Source: Candidatus Enterousia sp. (GTDB lineage Bacteria; Pseudomonadota; Alphaproteobacteria; Rs-D84). Taken from it: 64,000 nt of DNA. The DNA is taken from assembly GCA_045645645.1 (NCBI GenBank), contig JAZRJE010000017.1, forward strand, positions 3,707 through 67,706, in the 5' to 3' direction. Both the position numbers and the translations under genes were made by a program. The notes under the pieces were generated by a model. That model made no database searches and was not told where the DNA came from. It saw only the letters and a list, made by a program, of their open reading frames with translations. Numbering within the stretch: the first letter of the stretch is position 1; each line of letters opens with the position of its first letter. Shown here piece by piece: positions 50,204 through 60,367 of this stretch.

Positions 50204-51823
50204 TTACATCATTCCTGGCATTGCGCCACCCATTTGTGGTGCTGTTTGCTTTTCTTCTGGTATTTCTGTCATTACCGCCCCAGTTGTTAACATAACCCCT
50301 GCTGTTGATGCAGCTGCTGCAATAGCTGTTTTTACAACCTTAGCTGGGTCGATAATTCCTGCACGCATCATGTCTACATATTCATCTGTTTGAGCGTTAT
50401 AGCCAAAATTATATTCATCTGATTCCATAACTTTGCCTACAACAATTTCGCCTGACTTTCCAGCGTTTTCTGCGATTTGTGCGCATGGTGCGATGATTGC
50501 TCGACGAACAATGTCAATACCAACATCTTGATCTGAATTTTCACCATGCAAATCTTTTAATGCATTTACTGCACGAACTAATGCGATGCCGCCCCCTGCA
50601 ACAATGCCTTCTGCGACAGCGGCACGTGTTGCGGCCAGCGCATCATCAACTCTATCCTTTTTTTCTTTCACTTCAACTTCTGTCATGCCACCAACTTTGA
50701 TGACAGCGACGCCACCGACTAATTTCGCTAAGCGTTCAGACAGTTTTTCACGGTCGTATTCGCTGGTTGTTGTTGCGATTGCGTTTCGGATTTCGTCTGC
50801 ACGTGCTGCAATTGCTGATTTATCCCCAGCGCCATGTGCCAACAATGTTGAATCTTTGGATACAACAACTTTTTTCGCAGAACCCAAAACGGCTGGGGTG
50901 ATGTTATCAAAAGTCATGCCCATGTCATCAGAAATTACAGTTGCGCCAGTAACAATAGCGATATCTTTCAACATTTCCTTGCGGCGATCGCCAAATCCTG
51001 GTGCTTTGACGGCACATACTTTCAGACCACCACGTAAACGATTTAACACCAATGTTGCCAAAGCTTCTGATTCCACATCTTCAGCGATAATTAATAGTGG
51101 TTTTCCTGCCTGTGCAATTGGTTCCAGAATAGGCAACAAAGCCTGCAATCCTGTAATTTTCTTTTCAGACACCAAGATTTGAGCACCGTCTAGTTCGGCT
51201 AACATTTTTTCACTGTTTGTGACAAAGTATGGTGACATAAATCCCTGATCAAATTGCATTCCTTCTACAACATCTATTTCTGTATCCAGACCCTTGGCTT
51301 CCTCTACGGTAATAACGCCTTCCTGACCAACACGTTCCATTGCATTAGCAATTTTTTCACCGATGTCAGCGTCTGAATTAGCAGAAATTGTTGCAACCTG
51401 AGCGATTTCTGCGCTGTCTTTAACTGGGCGTGCATGTTTTTCAATGTCTGTGATAACCGCATTTGTTGCTAAATCTATACCACGTTTGACATCCATTGGG
51501 TTCATCCCAGCTGCAATTACGCGACGTCCTTCACGTATTAATTTTTGTGCCAATACAGTTGCAGTTGTTGTGCCGTCTCCAGCATCATCGCCAGCTTTCT
51601 TAGCGACTTCTTGAACCATACGTGCACCAATATTTTCTGTTGGGTCTTTTAAAGATACGGCTTTAGCTACTGTAACACCGTCCTTTGTTGCAACTGGTGT
51701 CCCATAAGATTTTTCAATAACGACTGTACGTCCTTTGGGGCCCATGGTAATTTTTACAGCATTTGCCAGTTTGTCTACGCCTGCTGCCATTTTATCTGTA
51801 TCAAAAATAATTTCTTTTGCCAT
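50204..51823 (-). CDS. groEL: chaperonin GroEL
   Basis: 539 aa; [21 protein letters not shown]-terminal GGM-type tail (GGAMPGMM). Confidence 0.95.
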   Translation of the reverse strand: MAKEIIFDTDKMAAGVDKLANAVKITMGPKGRTVVIEKSYGTPVATKDGVTVAKAVSLKDPTENIGARMVQEVAKKAGDDAGDGTTTATVLAQKLIREGRRVIAAGMNPMDVKRGIDLATNAVITDIEKHARPVKDSAEIAQVATISANSDADIGEKIANAMERVGQEGVITVEEAKGLDTEIDVVEGMQFDQGFMSPYFVTNSEKMLAELDGAQILVSEKKITGLQALLPILEPIAQAGKPLLIIAEDVESEALATLVLNRLRGGLKVCAVKAPGFGDRRKEMLKDIAIVTGATVISDDMGMTFDNITPAVLGSAKKVVVSKDSTLLAHGAGDKSAIAARADEIRNAIATTTSEYDREKLSERLAKLVGGVAVIKVGGMTEVEVKEKKDRVDDALAATRAAVAEGIVAGGGIALVRAVNALKDLHGENSDQDVGIDIVRRAIIAPCAQIAENAGKSGEIVVGKVMESDEYNFGYNAQTDEYVDMMRAGIIDPAKVVKTAIAAAASTAGVMLTTGAVMTEIPEEKQTAPQMGGAMPGMM

Positions 51824-51841
51824 TTATGCTTCCTTTACTTT

Positions 51842-52129
51842 TTATTCTAATATTCCCAAGATATCCGTTTCTTTTATTAAAACATAATCACAACCGTTAA
51901 TTTTTACTTCGTTAACCGATGATGCCCATTTTGCGAATAAAACCACATCGTCTTTTTTTACTGTTACAGGAATTAATTCGTTGCCACTGTATATTCCAGG
52001 GCCAGTTGCAATAACACGGCCACGAGAAGGTTTTTCTTTTGCGTTGTCTGGTATAATGATTCCCCCCGCAGTTTTTGTTTCTTCTTCTAATCTTTCTAAC
52101 AGAACAAAATTGTGTAATGGTTTAAACAT
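51842..52129 (-). CDS. groES: co-chaperonin GroES
   Basis: 95 aa; MFKPLHNFVLLERLEEETKTAGGIIIPD pattern; immediately upstream of groEL. Confidence 0.9.
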   Translation of the reverse strand: MFKPLHNFVLLERLEEETKTAGGIIIPDNAKEKPSRGRVIATGPGIYSGNELIPVTVKKDDVVLFAKWASSVNEVKINGCDYVLIKETDILGILE

Positions 52130-52213
52130 ATAAAATCTCCTTAAAAATTAAACCGACTGTATGCATGATATAGTCTAAAATTTGTTGATTTCAAGTATAC
52201 ATTTTAATATGCT

Positions 52214-52624
52214 GTGAATGAAAAACAAGGGGGATTAATACCGATGTATGATAAAAATAATGTTTTTGCTAAGATGATACGTAATGAAATTCCAACGAAC
52301 AAGGTATCTGAAAATGAATATGCCATGTCATTTTATGATATTAATCCTATGTTCGACACGCATGTCCTTGTTATTCCAAAGGGTGAATATAAAAACATTT
52401 TGGATTTTACAAAAAATGCTACTACAGAAGAGGTTATAGGTTTTTGGGAATGCTTTAATAAAACCGCAGAAAAGTTAGGTGTTTCATGTGAATTCAATTG
52501 TGTTGCAAACGCAGGTGCAAATGCACCGTTTATTAAACAAAGCGTTTTTCATTTTCATTTGCATTTGGTTTCTGGGGAACGTAAACCTGCGTTTCATGAA
52601 CAATTGGCGGCGGAATTTAAATAA
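52214..52624 (+). CDS. HIT family protein (HinT-like)
   Basis: Histidine triad HFHLHLV near the C-terminus; the likely real start is the internal Met at 52244. Confidence 0.75.
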   Translation: MNEKQGGLIPMYDKNNVFAKMIRNEIPTNKVSENEYAMSFYDINPMFDTHVLVIPKGEYKNILDFTKNATTEEVIGFWECFNKTAEKLGVSCEFNCVANAGANAPFIKQSVFHFHLHLVSGERKPAFHEQLAAEFK

Positions 52625-52839
52625 TGAGAATAAATGTTCGTGTTATTCCGCGTGCAAAGATAAATCGGGTTGAAATTCAACCCGATGGTGTTGTGCGCGT
52701 TCACACGACGACTGCACCAACAGATGGCAAAGCGACAGCAGAAGTAATAAAAATGCTGGCAGAATATTATAGTGTGCCAAAAAACAGTGTTAAACTGGTA
52801 CGTGGTGCCACATCACGAAACAAGGTTTTTGAGTTTTAA
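52624..52839 (+). CDS. DUF167/YggU family protein
   Basis: 71 aa; RVIPRAKINRV...PTDGKAT resembles the UPF0235 pattern (from memory). Confidence 0.55.
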   Translation: MRINVRVIPRAKINRVEIQPDGVVRVHTTTAPTDGKATAEVIKMLAEYYSVPKNSVKLVRGATSRNKVFEF

Positions 52840-53387
52840 ACACCCAAAACTAACTTCATCAAATCATCAACAGAATTAGCGTTATGTATCTTATAGTCAT
52901 CCAGACTTTCTATAAAACCACAATCTATCATATGTTTGACTAAATCGCCAAAAGGTGCCCAAAAGTTTTCTATATTTAGAAAGAACAAAGGCTTTTTTGT
53001 TTCGCCAATTTGTTGCATTGTCATGATATCGGTCAGTTCATTCAATGTGCCGATTCCACCTGGCATAATAATAAATGCGTCAGATAGCTCAAACATACGC
53101 TGTTTACGTTCGTTTACACCGTCCACGATTTCAACGTCAATTTCTGTATGTGCGGGTTCTTGACGGGCAATAACATCATCTGTTGATACGCCGACCACAT
53201 GTCCCCCAGCACGTAATGCAGCTGTTGATACTGCGCCCATTAATCCAACGTCACCTCCACCAAAAACGATTTGAATATTATTTTTTGCTAGTTGGGTTCC
53301 GACTGCAATTGCAGCTCTACTAAATTCAGGATTGTTACCAAATTGATGACCACAATATACTGCCACTGTCTTTAAAAACTTGCTCAT
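52836..53387 (-). CDS. LOG family protein (cytokinin riboside 5'-monophosphate phosphoribohydrolase-like)
   Basis: VFGGGDVGLMGAVS and PGGIGTLNEL motifs; start at the internal Met (MSKFLKTVAVYCG) at 53387. Confidence 0.75.
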   Translation of the reverse strand: MSKFLKTVAVYCGHQFGNNPEFSRAAIAVGTQLAKNNIQIVFGGGDVGLMGAVSTAALRAGGHVVGVSTDDVIARQEPAHTEIDVEIVDGVNERKQRMFELSDAFIIMPGGIGTLNELTDIMTMQQIGETKKPLFFLNIENFWAPFGDLVKHMIDCGFIESLDDYKIHNANSVDDLMKLVLGV

Positions 53388-53436
53388 TCTCTTTTTTCCT
53401 TTATTTTCGAAAATTATAGCATAAAATACCAGAACA

Positions 53437-54411
53437 ATGAATGAAAATTTTAAGGATTTTGTGTCTGCATACACGCAACAGCCAGTGGCCGTTGCGGTCA
53501 GTGGCGGTGTTGATTCGGTATGCTTGTTATGCTGGCTAGTAAAGTGTGGATTAAATGTGACAGCGTTACATGTAAATCATGGGTTGCGTACAGCTGCAAA
53601 TAAAGAAAGCGAGTATGTTGCGAATTTATGCTCGCAATTACATGTTCCTTGTAAAATTTTCTATTGGACAGGTGATAAGCCGACCACAGGCATTGAAGCC
53701 GCTGCACGTAATGCCAGATATAAATTTATGACAGATTGGTGCCATGAAAATAGTGTGTCAATCTTGATGCTGGCGCACCAAGCAGACGATCAAATAGAAA
53801 CCTTTCTTATGAATCTTGGTCGGGGCAGTGGGCTGTATGGTTTAGCTGCGATGGCCCGTGAAAGTTATCGTGACGGTATAAAAATAGTTCGACCGTTGTT
53901 AGGCATTTATCGCGAAGAATTACGAAAGTATTGCGAAGAAAATAAAATAAAATATTTTTCAGATGAAATGAATGATGATTTACAATATACACGTGTTCGT
54001 ATTCGCAAGAATCGTCATTTGTTGTCAGAAAAACTAGGAATAGAAGATGGGCGTATTTTATTAGCGATTGAAAATCTTGGTCGTGTACGTGATTCTATTA
54101 CATCCGATATAGACACAATGGTTGAATCTGTCATGTGCCGTGGCGGTGCAATATTTTCTGATTCTTTTCTATTTGACCAATCGCCCGACATTAGATTAAA
54201 ATTCATTGGTACGCTAATTAAAAAAATTGGGGGGGATGATTATCAGCCGCGCTTGAAATCGTTACAAAGCGCACTAGATAAACTATCAAGCGATTGTAAG
54301 TTTACACTGGGACATTGTACTTTACGGCGCTTAGGGGCCAGGATTTTAATAGTACCCGAAGGGGCAAAAACAACATTCAGGAAGCGAAATGAGAAAATTA
54401 AAAAACAATAA
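53437..54411 (+). CDS. tilS: tRNA(Ile)-lysidine synthetase, short form
   Basis: PP-loop SGGVDS; 324 aa short form; immediately upstream of ftsH. Confidence 0.85.
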   Translation: MNENFKDFVSAYTQQPVAVAVSGGVDSVCLLCWLVKCGLNVTALHVNHGLRTAANKESEYVANLCSQLHVPCKIFYWTGDKPTTGIEAAARNARYKFMTDWCHENSVSILMLAHQADDQIETFLMNLGRGSGLYGLAAMARESYRDGIKIVRPLLGIYREELRKYCEENKIKYFSDEMNDDLQYTRVRIRKNRHLLSEKLGIEDGRILLAIENLGRVRDSITSDIDTMVESVMCRGGAIFSDSFLFDQSPDIRLKFIGTLIKKIGGDDYQPRLKSLQSALDKLSSDCKFTLGHCTLRRLGARILIVPEGAKTTFRKRNEKIKKQ

Positions 54412-56311
54412 TAAACTAGAAAATAAGATAAATAACATAAATTCAAGACCAAAGCGTAGCAATAATGCGGGGTGGTTCTTGGGTGTGTTTGCGGCATTGT
54501 TCATAATGGTAATTGGTCGGGCCTTTTTGGTTGGCAGTGCGCCTGTTCTTAGCGTGCCTGGTGTAAACAATAACAACCGTCCAGTAGTGTTAAATTTTTC
54601 TGATGTTTTACGTCGTGCAGATGACATACAAACAATGGAAATTCGTGGAAATACTGCTCATGGAATGCTAAAAGATGGTACAAAATATACGGCAACAATT
54701 ACGTATGATCCAGAATTATTAACCAAGTTATCAGAGTCTGGCGCAAATGTTTCTATTGATGCATCACGCAGTACGGTTGATGTTTTGGGGACTTGGTTTC
54801 CAATAATTATAGGTTTGTTTTTCATTTGGTGGATTTTTCGTGGGCTTCGTGGCGGGGCAGCTGGCGGACTGGGACGCAGTTTGGTCAGTCAAAATCCAAC
54901 AAAGATTACAACGGGGAAACCTGGTACAACATTCAAGGATGTTGCAGGGATTGAATCTGAAAAACAAGAGCTGGCAGAAGTTGTTGATTTTTTAAAGAAT
55001 AAAGATAAATATCAAAGTGTTGGTGCACGTGTTCCACGTGGTGTGCTGCTGTCTGGCGAACCTGGCACAGGAAAAACATTATTGGCACGTGCGATTGCTG
55101 GTGAGGCAAACGTTCCGTTTTTTGCGACATCTGGTTCTGATTTTTCTGGTATTATCGTTGGGTTAGGGGTTGCAAAAATTAAAGAAATGTTTGAAATGGC
55201 TAAGCGTAATGCACCATGTATATTATTTATTGATGAAATAGATGCAATTGGTCAGCGTCGCAGTGCACATTCTTTTAACGACCAAGACAGGGAACAGACA
55301 TTAAATCAATTGCTGATTGAAATGGATGGCTTTGCCAACAATACAGGTATTATTGTAATTGGTGCAACAAATCGCCCTGATATGTTGGATTCAGCATTGT
55401 TGCGCCCAGGGCGTTTTGATCGCCAGGTGCATATAGAATTGCCAGATATGGCTGGAAGAAATGAAATTCTTAATTTATACGCAGGTCGGGTAAAAATGGA
55501 TAAATCTGTGAATTTGCACGATGTTGCGCGTGGTACAACTGGATTTTCTGGTGCAGACCTAGAAAACCTGTTAAACGAAGCCGCCCTGCATGCTGTACGC
55601 AATGGTCGCAAAGAAATTTCACCTGCAGATATTGATGAAGCACGCGACAAGATTATTATGGGGCCACGTAAATTGCGTAAAATGCGTCCAGAAGACATTA
55701 AATTAACTGCATATCACGAAGCGGGACACGCATATGTAAGCATGATGTATTCTGATATCACAGATCCAATTCATAAAGCGACAATTATCCCACGTGGACG
55801 TGCATTGGGGATGGTTCAACATTTGCCAATTGATGATAAGGTATCTATGACTTTGGCAGAAGTTCGTGCTAATTTATCAATTGCCATGGCTGGTCGTTGT
55901 GCCGAAGAATTGTTTTTTGGGGCAGACAAAATAACTACTGGCGCCGAAGGCGATATTGCAATGGCAACACGTTTGGCACGCTATTCAATAACGACGGCTG
56001 GTTTGTCACCAAAATTAGGATTGGCTGCGATTAATCAGGTGTCTGTAATTGGTACACGTGGTGCGCTAGAAAACGCATCAGAAAAGACTGCAGAACTGGT
56101 CGATGCGGAAATACGTTCATGGTTAGATGCTGCACACAAAGACGCTGGAAAGTTGTTAACAAAAAATCGTAAAACTGTAGAGAAGCTGGCAAACGAGCTG
56201 TTAAAGCGTGAAACATTAACTGGCGAAGAAATTCGTGAAATTGTTTTTGGTGCAAAAAAAACGGCTTCTAAGAAAACAATAAAAAAGACAGATGAAAAAT
56301 CCAAACAGTAA
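54389..56311 (+). CDS. ftsH: ATP-dependent zinc metalloprotease FtsH
   Basis: Two N-terminal TM helices, AAA+ Walker A (GEPGTGKTLLA) and B (ILFIDEID), SRH region, HEAGHA zinc motif. Confidence 0.95.
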   Translation: MRKLKNNNKLENKINNINSRPKRSNNAGWFLGVFAALFIMVIGRAFLVGSAPVLSVPGVNNNNRPVVLNFSDVLRRADDIQTMEIRGNTAHGMLKDGTKYTATITYDPELLTKLSESGANVSIDASRSTVDVLGTWFPIIIGLFFIWWIFRGLRGGAAGGLGRSLVSQNPTKITTGKPGTTFKDVAGIESEKQELAEVVDFLKNKDKYQSVGARVPRGVLLSGEPGTGKTLLARAIAGEANVPFFATSGSDFSGIIVGLGVAKIKEMFEMAKRNAPCILFIDEIDAIGQRRSAHSFNDQDREQTLNQLLIEMDGFANNTGIIVIGATNRPDMLDSALLRPGRFDRQVHIELPDMAGRNEILNLYAGRVKMDKSVNLHDVARGTTGFSGADLENLLNEAALHAVRNGRKEISPADIDEARDKIIMGPRKLRKMRPEDIKLTAYHEAGHAYVSMMYSDITDPIHKATIIPRGRALGMVQHLPIDDKVSMTLAEVRANLSIAMAGRCAEELFFGADKITTGAEGDIAMATRLARYSITTAGLSPKLGLAAINQVSVIGTRGALENASEKTAELVDAEIRSWLDAAHKDAGKLLTKNRKTVEKLANELLKRETLTGEEIREIVFGAKKTASKKTIKKTDEKSKQ

Positions 56312-56936
56312 ATTTGAATTAGTTAGCATGCCACCACAGAATACAAATTCTGTGGTGGTTTTTAATGATGACAAATGTATTGTTTTTGATCCGTGGGGAC
56401 GGCTTGATGATTGGATACAATATTTTTCAGATCGATCTTTGAAGCCTGTTGCAGTGTATGTAACACATGGGCACTCAGATCATATATCCGCCGCTGCAGC
56501 GATTGCATCGTATTTTGATATAGATTGGTACATGTCGCATAAAGATTTAGATTTGATTGATTGGGGAAATAGTCTGTTGGAATATTTTGGGTTGCCTAAA
56601 TTATCCACAAACGACAAGGCACCAGTTAATTTGGCATCTGGTGAATATACAGTGTTGTCTGACACAAAAATGCGTGTTTTAAAATTGCCAGGGCACACAC
56701 GTGGTGGAATGGGTTTTTATTTCCCAGAAGATGGTGTGTTTATTGTTGGGGATACATTGTTTCAGAATGCATATGGTCGCACAGATCTTCCTGGTGGTGA
56801 TGAAAAGATATTATTTGAATCTATTGCGCAGATTTACGATATGCATCTGCCAGATACCACAGTTGTTTTGCATGGTCATGGAATGCACACAACTATTGGG
56901 TGGTTGCGTCAAAATAATCCGTTTTTTAAATCATAA
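56292..56936 (+). CDS. MBL-fold metallo-hydrolase (glyoxalase II-like)
   Basis: HxHxDH motif (THGHSDH) and downstream GH/DT metal ligands; 214 aa. Confidence 0.7.
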   Translation: MKNPNSKFELVSMPPQNTNSVVVFNDDKCIVFDPWGRLDDWIQYFSDRSLKPVAVYVTHGHSDHISAAAAIASYFDIDWYMSHKDLDLIDWGNSLLEYFGLPKLSTNDKAPVNLASGEYTVLSDTKMRVLKLPGHTRGGMGFYFPEDGVFIVGDTLFQNAYGRTDLPGGDEKILFESIAQIYDMHLPDTTVVLHGHGMHTTIGWLRQNNPFFKS

Positions 56937-56971
56937 TTGCGAATTGAAAAAATATATGTCATGATTGTTTC

Positions 56972-58246
56972 ATGTCATTAGTTGCACCAATTTTAAATGA
57001 AGTTCAGCTTTCAGCGTTTAATGCGATTGAGTATACTAATTCTAATATTCTAATTTTAGGTCAGGCAGGAACAGGTAAATCAACGTTTATAAACTATTTG
57101 AAAAGTGCAACAAAAAAAAGAATTGTATGTGCATGTCCAACAGCAGTATCTGCATTAAATGTTGGGGGACAAACAATACACTCACTTTTTCAGATACAAC
57201 CACGTGATTTCATTATGCCAGAATTGTTAAAGCTAAAAGCGAAACCACGTAACATATTAAATGCGACAGATGTTTTGGTTATTGATGAAATTTCTATGGT
57301 GGCGCCAGATTTGTTAGATGCAATTGATATCTTGGCACGCATGGCTCGTCACAACAATGCGCCCTTTGGTGGAATTCAAATTGTTGCTATTGGCGACCTG
57401 TTTCAGTTACCTCCAGTTATAACACGTGATGCAATGGGATACTACCAAGAAGCATATGGTTATTCAAATGCCTATTTTTTTGACAGCAATGTTTATAAGC
57501 GTTTAAATATTGTTCGTTTTGATTTTGATACGGTATATCGCCAAAAAGATGACGAATTACTTAATAATCTTACACGATTACGCAATCGAGATATTGGTGC
57601 GCTTGACTTTTTTAATAGCTGTAAGATACAAGATGAAGAACGTCGTTCAAATGCAGTTTTAATAACCCCATTTCGTGATACAGCCGAACGGATAAACGCA
57701 TCAAGGCTAGCACAGATAAATGCGCCAGAAATTACATACACAGGTATTTTGACTGGGACTTTTTCTGAGCGAGATGTTCCTGCACCTATGAATTTGACTT
57801 TAAAGATTGGTGCGTTGGTAGTATTTGTAAAAAATGGTGATAAATGGCACAATGGATCAATGGGAATAATTCGTATGATGACTGCTCGTGACATAACGGT
57901 ACAGCTGCTATCAGACAGTCGTGAAATAGTTGTTGTAAAACCCGAAAAGTGGGAAAAGATTGAATATAGTCGCGATGAAAATGACAGAATTGTTGAAAAC
58001 GAAGTCGGTGGGTATAAACAGTTTCCACTAAATTTAGGATATGCCATGACCATACACAAGGCTCAGGGTAAAACATTAGATGCGGTTGTTGTTGATATGT
58101 CACGTGGTGCATTTGCACATGGGCAAACATATGTTGCGCTATCACGCACGCGTGGTGCCACAGATATTCATGTGACATCAGCATTGCGACCACGTGATGT
58201 TATTTTTGATAATCGTGTACTAGGGTTTGTGGACTCTGATAAGTAA
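56972..58246 (+). CDS. SF1B helicase of the RecD/Pif1/Dda family
   Basis: Walker A (LGQAGTGKST), Walker B (VLVIDEISMV), GDLFQLPPV, and C-terminal HKAQGKTLD...YVALSRTR motifs; 424 aa. Confidence 0.7.
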   Translation: MSLVAPILNEVQLSAFNAIEYTNSNILILGQAGTGKSTFINYLKSATKKRIVCACPTAVSALNVGGQTIHSLFQIQPRDFIMPELLKLKAKPRNILNATDVLVIDEISMVAPDLLDAIDILARMARHNNAPFGGIQIVAIGDLFQLPPVITRDAMGYYQEAYGYSNAYFFDSNVYKRLNIVRFDFDTVYRQKDDELLNNLTRLRNRDIGALDFFNSCKIQDEERRSNAVLITPFRDTAERINASRLAQINAPEITYTGILTGTFSERDVPAPMNLTLKIGALVVFVKNGDKWHNGSMGIIRMMTARDITVQLLSDSREIVVVKPEKWEKIEYSRDENDRIVENEVGGYKQFPLNLGYAMTIHKAQGKTLDAVVVDMSRGAFAHGQTYVALSRTRGATDIHVTSALRPRDVIFDNRVLGFVDSDK

Positions 58247-59261
58247 TGCGCATAAAATCAATTGCGTTATTTGTTAGTTCTGAAACTTTAACCCCACGAC
58301 CAGAAATAAGATTGGTTGGAATAGGGGCATGCAATATTGCCGCTGATGCAGATTTTACAATAGCGTTTCGTTCCGCCGCAAATAAAATTTTGCCATATTC
58401 ATTTAGTTTATAGTTATTCTTGTCGCCTAAATCGAATGTAGAATGTTCGTCTGTTTCTGCGTCTGGTATTTCATCTCGGACATTTGGTACAACCATCGTA
58501 TGTTTGGATTTAAAAAACATTGGTTTAATACGACCTGCATTTTCTAATAATACATCATCAAACATTCCGTTGTTGCGTAATACTGCATCATGTATGTACA
58601 TGAATGAGACAGTTGTCGTTTTCAATTGGTCTATTGGTCCCAATGGTTCGTGATTGATTACGATAATATTTTTTAAGAATAAGTCGATTTCACTTTGTGT
58701 ATAGCCTGCGGTTTTCATGTTTTGTTGCAGCTTGTCCTGCAACATCAACATTGTTGATGCACCCTGACAGTGTGTAAAAAATATCGCGTTTCTTGCATGC
58801 TTTATAGCGGTATTAATTTCGTATCTGGTTCCATATTGATTTACAATTCTGGGTTTGAATATTTTATCAAACAGAATCTGAATAAATATCGGCTGTGGTT
58901 CAAGCTTATCAACAGCTGATATTTGTGCATTACGTTTTTCATTATCTGCTTCTAATTCAATAATACGTTTTCCTGCTTTACGAAACAGTTGGGCCCGATC
59001 GTGTGATGGGATTCTCGATCCAAAAGCATAAAACACAGAATAAAAATCAAAATTAGTTATATTGTTTTTTTCCAGTATTGTACGAATATATCGACCATAA
59101 AATCGTGCTTTGAATTCGTCAATTGTTTCTTCGCCACCAAGTATAAAAAAGGCAGGTTTTCCCACAGGAATAACAGATGGATTACGTATAAATTCATTAT
59201 CATTTTGTCCCTTTGGAACAATCTTTATAATCTGTGCGCTGCTACGTTGAAATGGGTGCAT
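58200..59261 (-). CDS. hypothetical protein (353 aa)
   Basis: Long ORF 1 bp downstream of rimI on the same strand; no recognised motif (the HCQGAS segment is not a convincing GxSxG). Confidence 0.45.
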   Translation of the reverse strand: MHPFQRSSAQIIKIVPKGQNDNEFIRNPSVIPVGKPAFFILGGEETIDEFKARFYGRYIRTILEKNNITNFDFYSVFYAFGSRIPSHDRAQLFRKAGKRIIELEADNEKRNAQISAVDKLEPQPIFIQILFDKIFKPRIVNQYGTRYEINTAIKHARNAIFFTHCQGASTMLMLQDKLQQNMKTAGYTQSEIDLFLKNIIVINHEPLGPIDQLKTTTVSFMYIHDAVLRNNGMFDDVLLENAGRIKPMFFKSKHTMVVPNVRDEIPDAETDEHSTFDLGDKNNYKLNEYGKILFAAERNAIVKSASAAILHAPIPTNLISGRGVKVSELTNNAIDFMRITYQSPQTLVHDYQK

Positions 59262-59262
59262 T

Positions 59263-59649
59263 CTATATGTCCTTTTTCATGGTTATGGCGTCTTCTCCAT
59301 CATAGTACTTTGGACGAATTCCGATTTCCTTATATCCGTTGTTTTTGTACAAAGCGCGTGCAGGTGCGTTCTTTTCGACCACTTCCAAGAATATATGTTT
59401 TATGCCGCGTTTTTTCAAGTCGCCTTCTGCAATTCCTAGCATTGCTGCCGCTATACCAGTGCGTCGTGCTTCAGGTGCGACACCAATAGTAATTATTTCT
59501 GCTTCGTCACATGTTGCACGATATACAATAAAGCCATTTTGGCTAGCAATAATTTCACACCCCGAATTTTGCAGGTCCTTAAAATCATTTGCAGACCATG
59601 GTTTGTGTGGAAAGCATTTTGCATGCAAAACTGCCAAATTATCTAACAT
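59263..59649 (-). CDS. rimI: GNAT acetyltransferase, RimI-like (ribosomal-protein-alanine acetyltransferase)
   Basis: 128 aa; acetyl-CoA binding segment (GVAPEARRTGIAAAML); in the tsaB neighbourhood. Confidence 0.75.
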   Translation of the reverse strand: MLDNLAVLHAKCFPHKPWSANDFKDLQNSGCEIIASQNGFIVYRATCDEAEIITIGVAPEARRTGIAAAMLGIAEGDLKKRGIKHIFLEVVEKNAPARALYKNNGYKEIGIRPKYYDGEDAITMKKDI

Positions 59650-59992
59650 TGTGTGTGTCCAAATATTTATTCTTCATTTTGTTATAGATTTTTTCTGCGA
59701 ATTTAGAATTAAGCTGTATCTCTTGATATGGAATAGGTGATGCAGGTCTGTTATCTTCCATGTACAAGCGATATGATACGCGGGGCAGGGTTGATTCGTT
59801 ATATGAACAAGTCGCACATATAAAGAATTTTTTGTCGCGTACAGAATATGATTTTTCTGAACACCTAGTATCACGTGCGCTTTCTAAAATTATCCATTCG
59901 TCATGTCTATGATGAACATCATAATTTTTCACTATATCAAAAATTAAACATTGATATTCTGGATAAAAGATTCGTTGAAACAAATTTGCCAT
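59639..59992 (-). CDS. hypothetical protein, tandem paralog A (117 aa) of a three-member family
   Basis: Starts MANLFQRIFYPEYQ; conserved N-terminus MANIFQKIF.P.YQW.ILDM..KYD and C-terminal FA.K.YNKM.NKY shared with B and C; overlaps the rimI start by 11 nt. Confidence 0.5.
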   Translation of the reverse strand: MANLFQRIFYPEYQCLIFDIVKNYDVHHRHDEWIILESARDTRCSEKSYSVRDKKFFICATCSYNESTLPRVSYRLYMEDNRPASPIPYQEIQLNSKFAEKIYNKMKNKYLDTHNVR

Positions 59993-60005
59993 CGTTCTTG
60001 TCCGT

Positions 60006-60353
60006 CTACCACGAGAATTGTTTTGCAGCAAGATTTTTATCAAAAAAACGTCTACGCATTATATGAAATAAATGACATGCAAAGTGTGTGTTGCGTTCTT
60101 CCCAAGATGGATTACGTATATCTCCTTCTTTGCGTTTACGATTAAGATATAGATTATATTTAGCAAAAGGTGCTGAATTTTTATCAAAGCGCCTTTCTGC
60201 ACGAATGTCGGTATCATCCGTTGTTATAGAATATGTATAAACTAAAGAATCTACAGATTCATGTCTATCTTCTTTGATGTCATACTTTTTTACCATATCA
60301 AGTATTTTCCATTGATATGTTGGTAAAAAGATTTTCTGAAAAATATTTGCCAT
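60006..60353 (-). CDS. hypothetical protein, tandem paralog B (115 aa)
   Basis: Starts MANIFQKIFLPTYQWKILDMVKKYDIKE; more divergent C-terminus. Confidence 0.5.
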   Translation of the reverse strand: MANIFQKIFLPTYQWKILDMVKKYDIKEDRHESVDSLVYTYSITTDDTDIRAERRFDKNSAPFAKYNLYLNRKRKEGDIRNPSWEERNTHFACHLFHIMRRRFFDKNLAAKQFSW

Positions 60354-60367
60354 TGTTTACCTTTTTG

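Noticed and set aside
50586-51182. 198-aa Ala/Ser-rich ORF on the plus strand inside groEL
   Set aside because: Antisense to a highly conserved gene; the composition reflects a complementary-strand codon artefact.
52130-52213. CTTGAAA hexamer upstream of groES as a possible sigma32 -35 box
   Set aside because: No matching CCCCATNT -10 at the right spacing and no CIRCE inverted repeat found; too weak to call.
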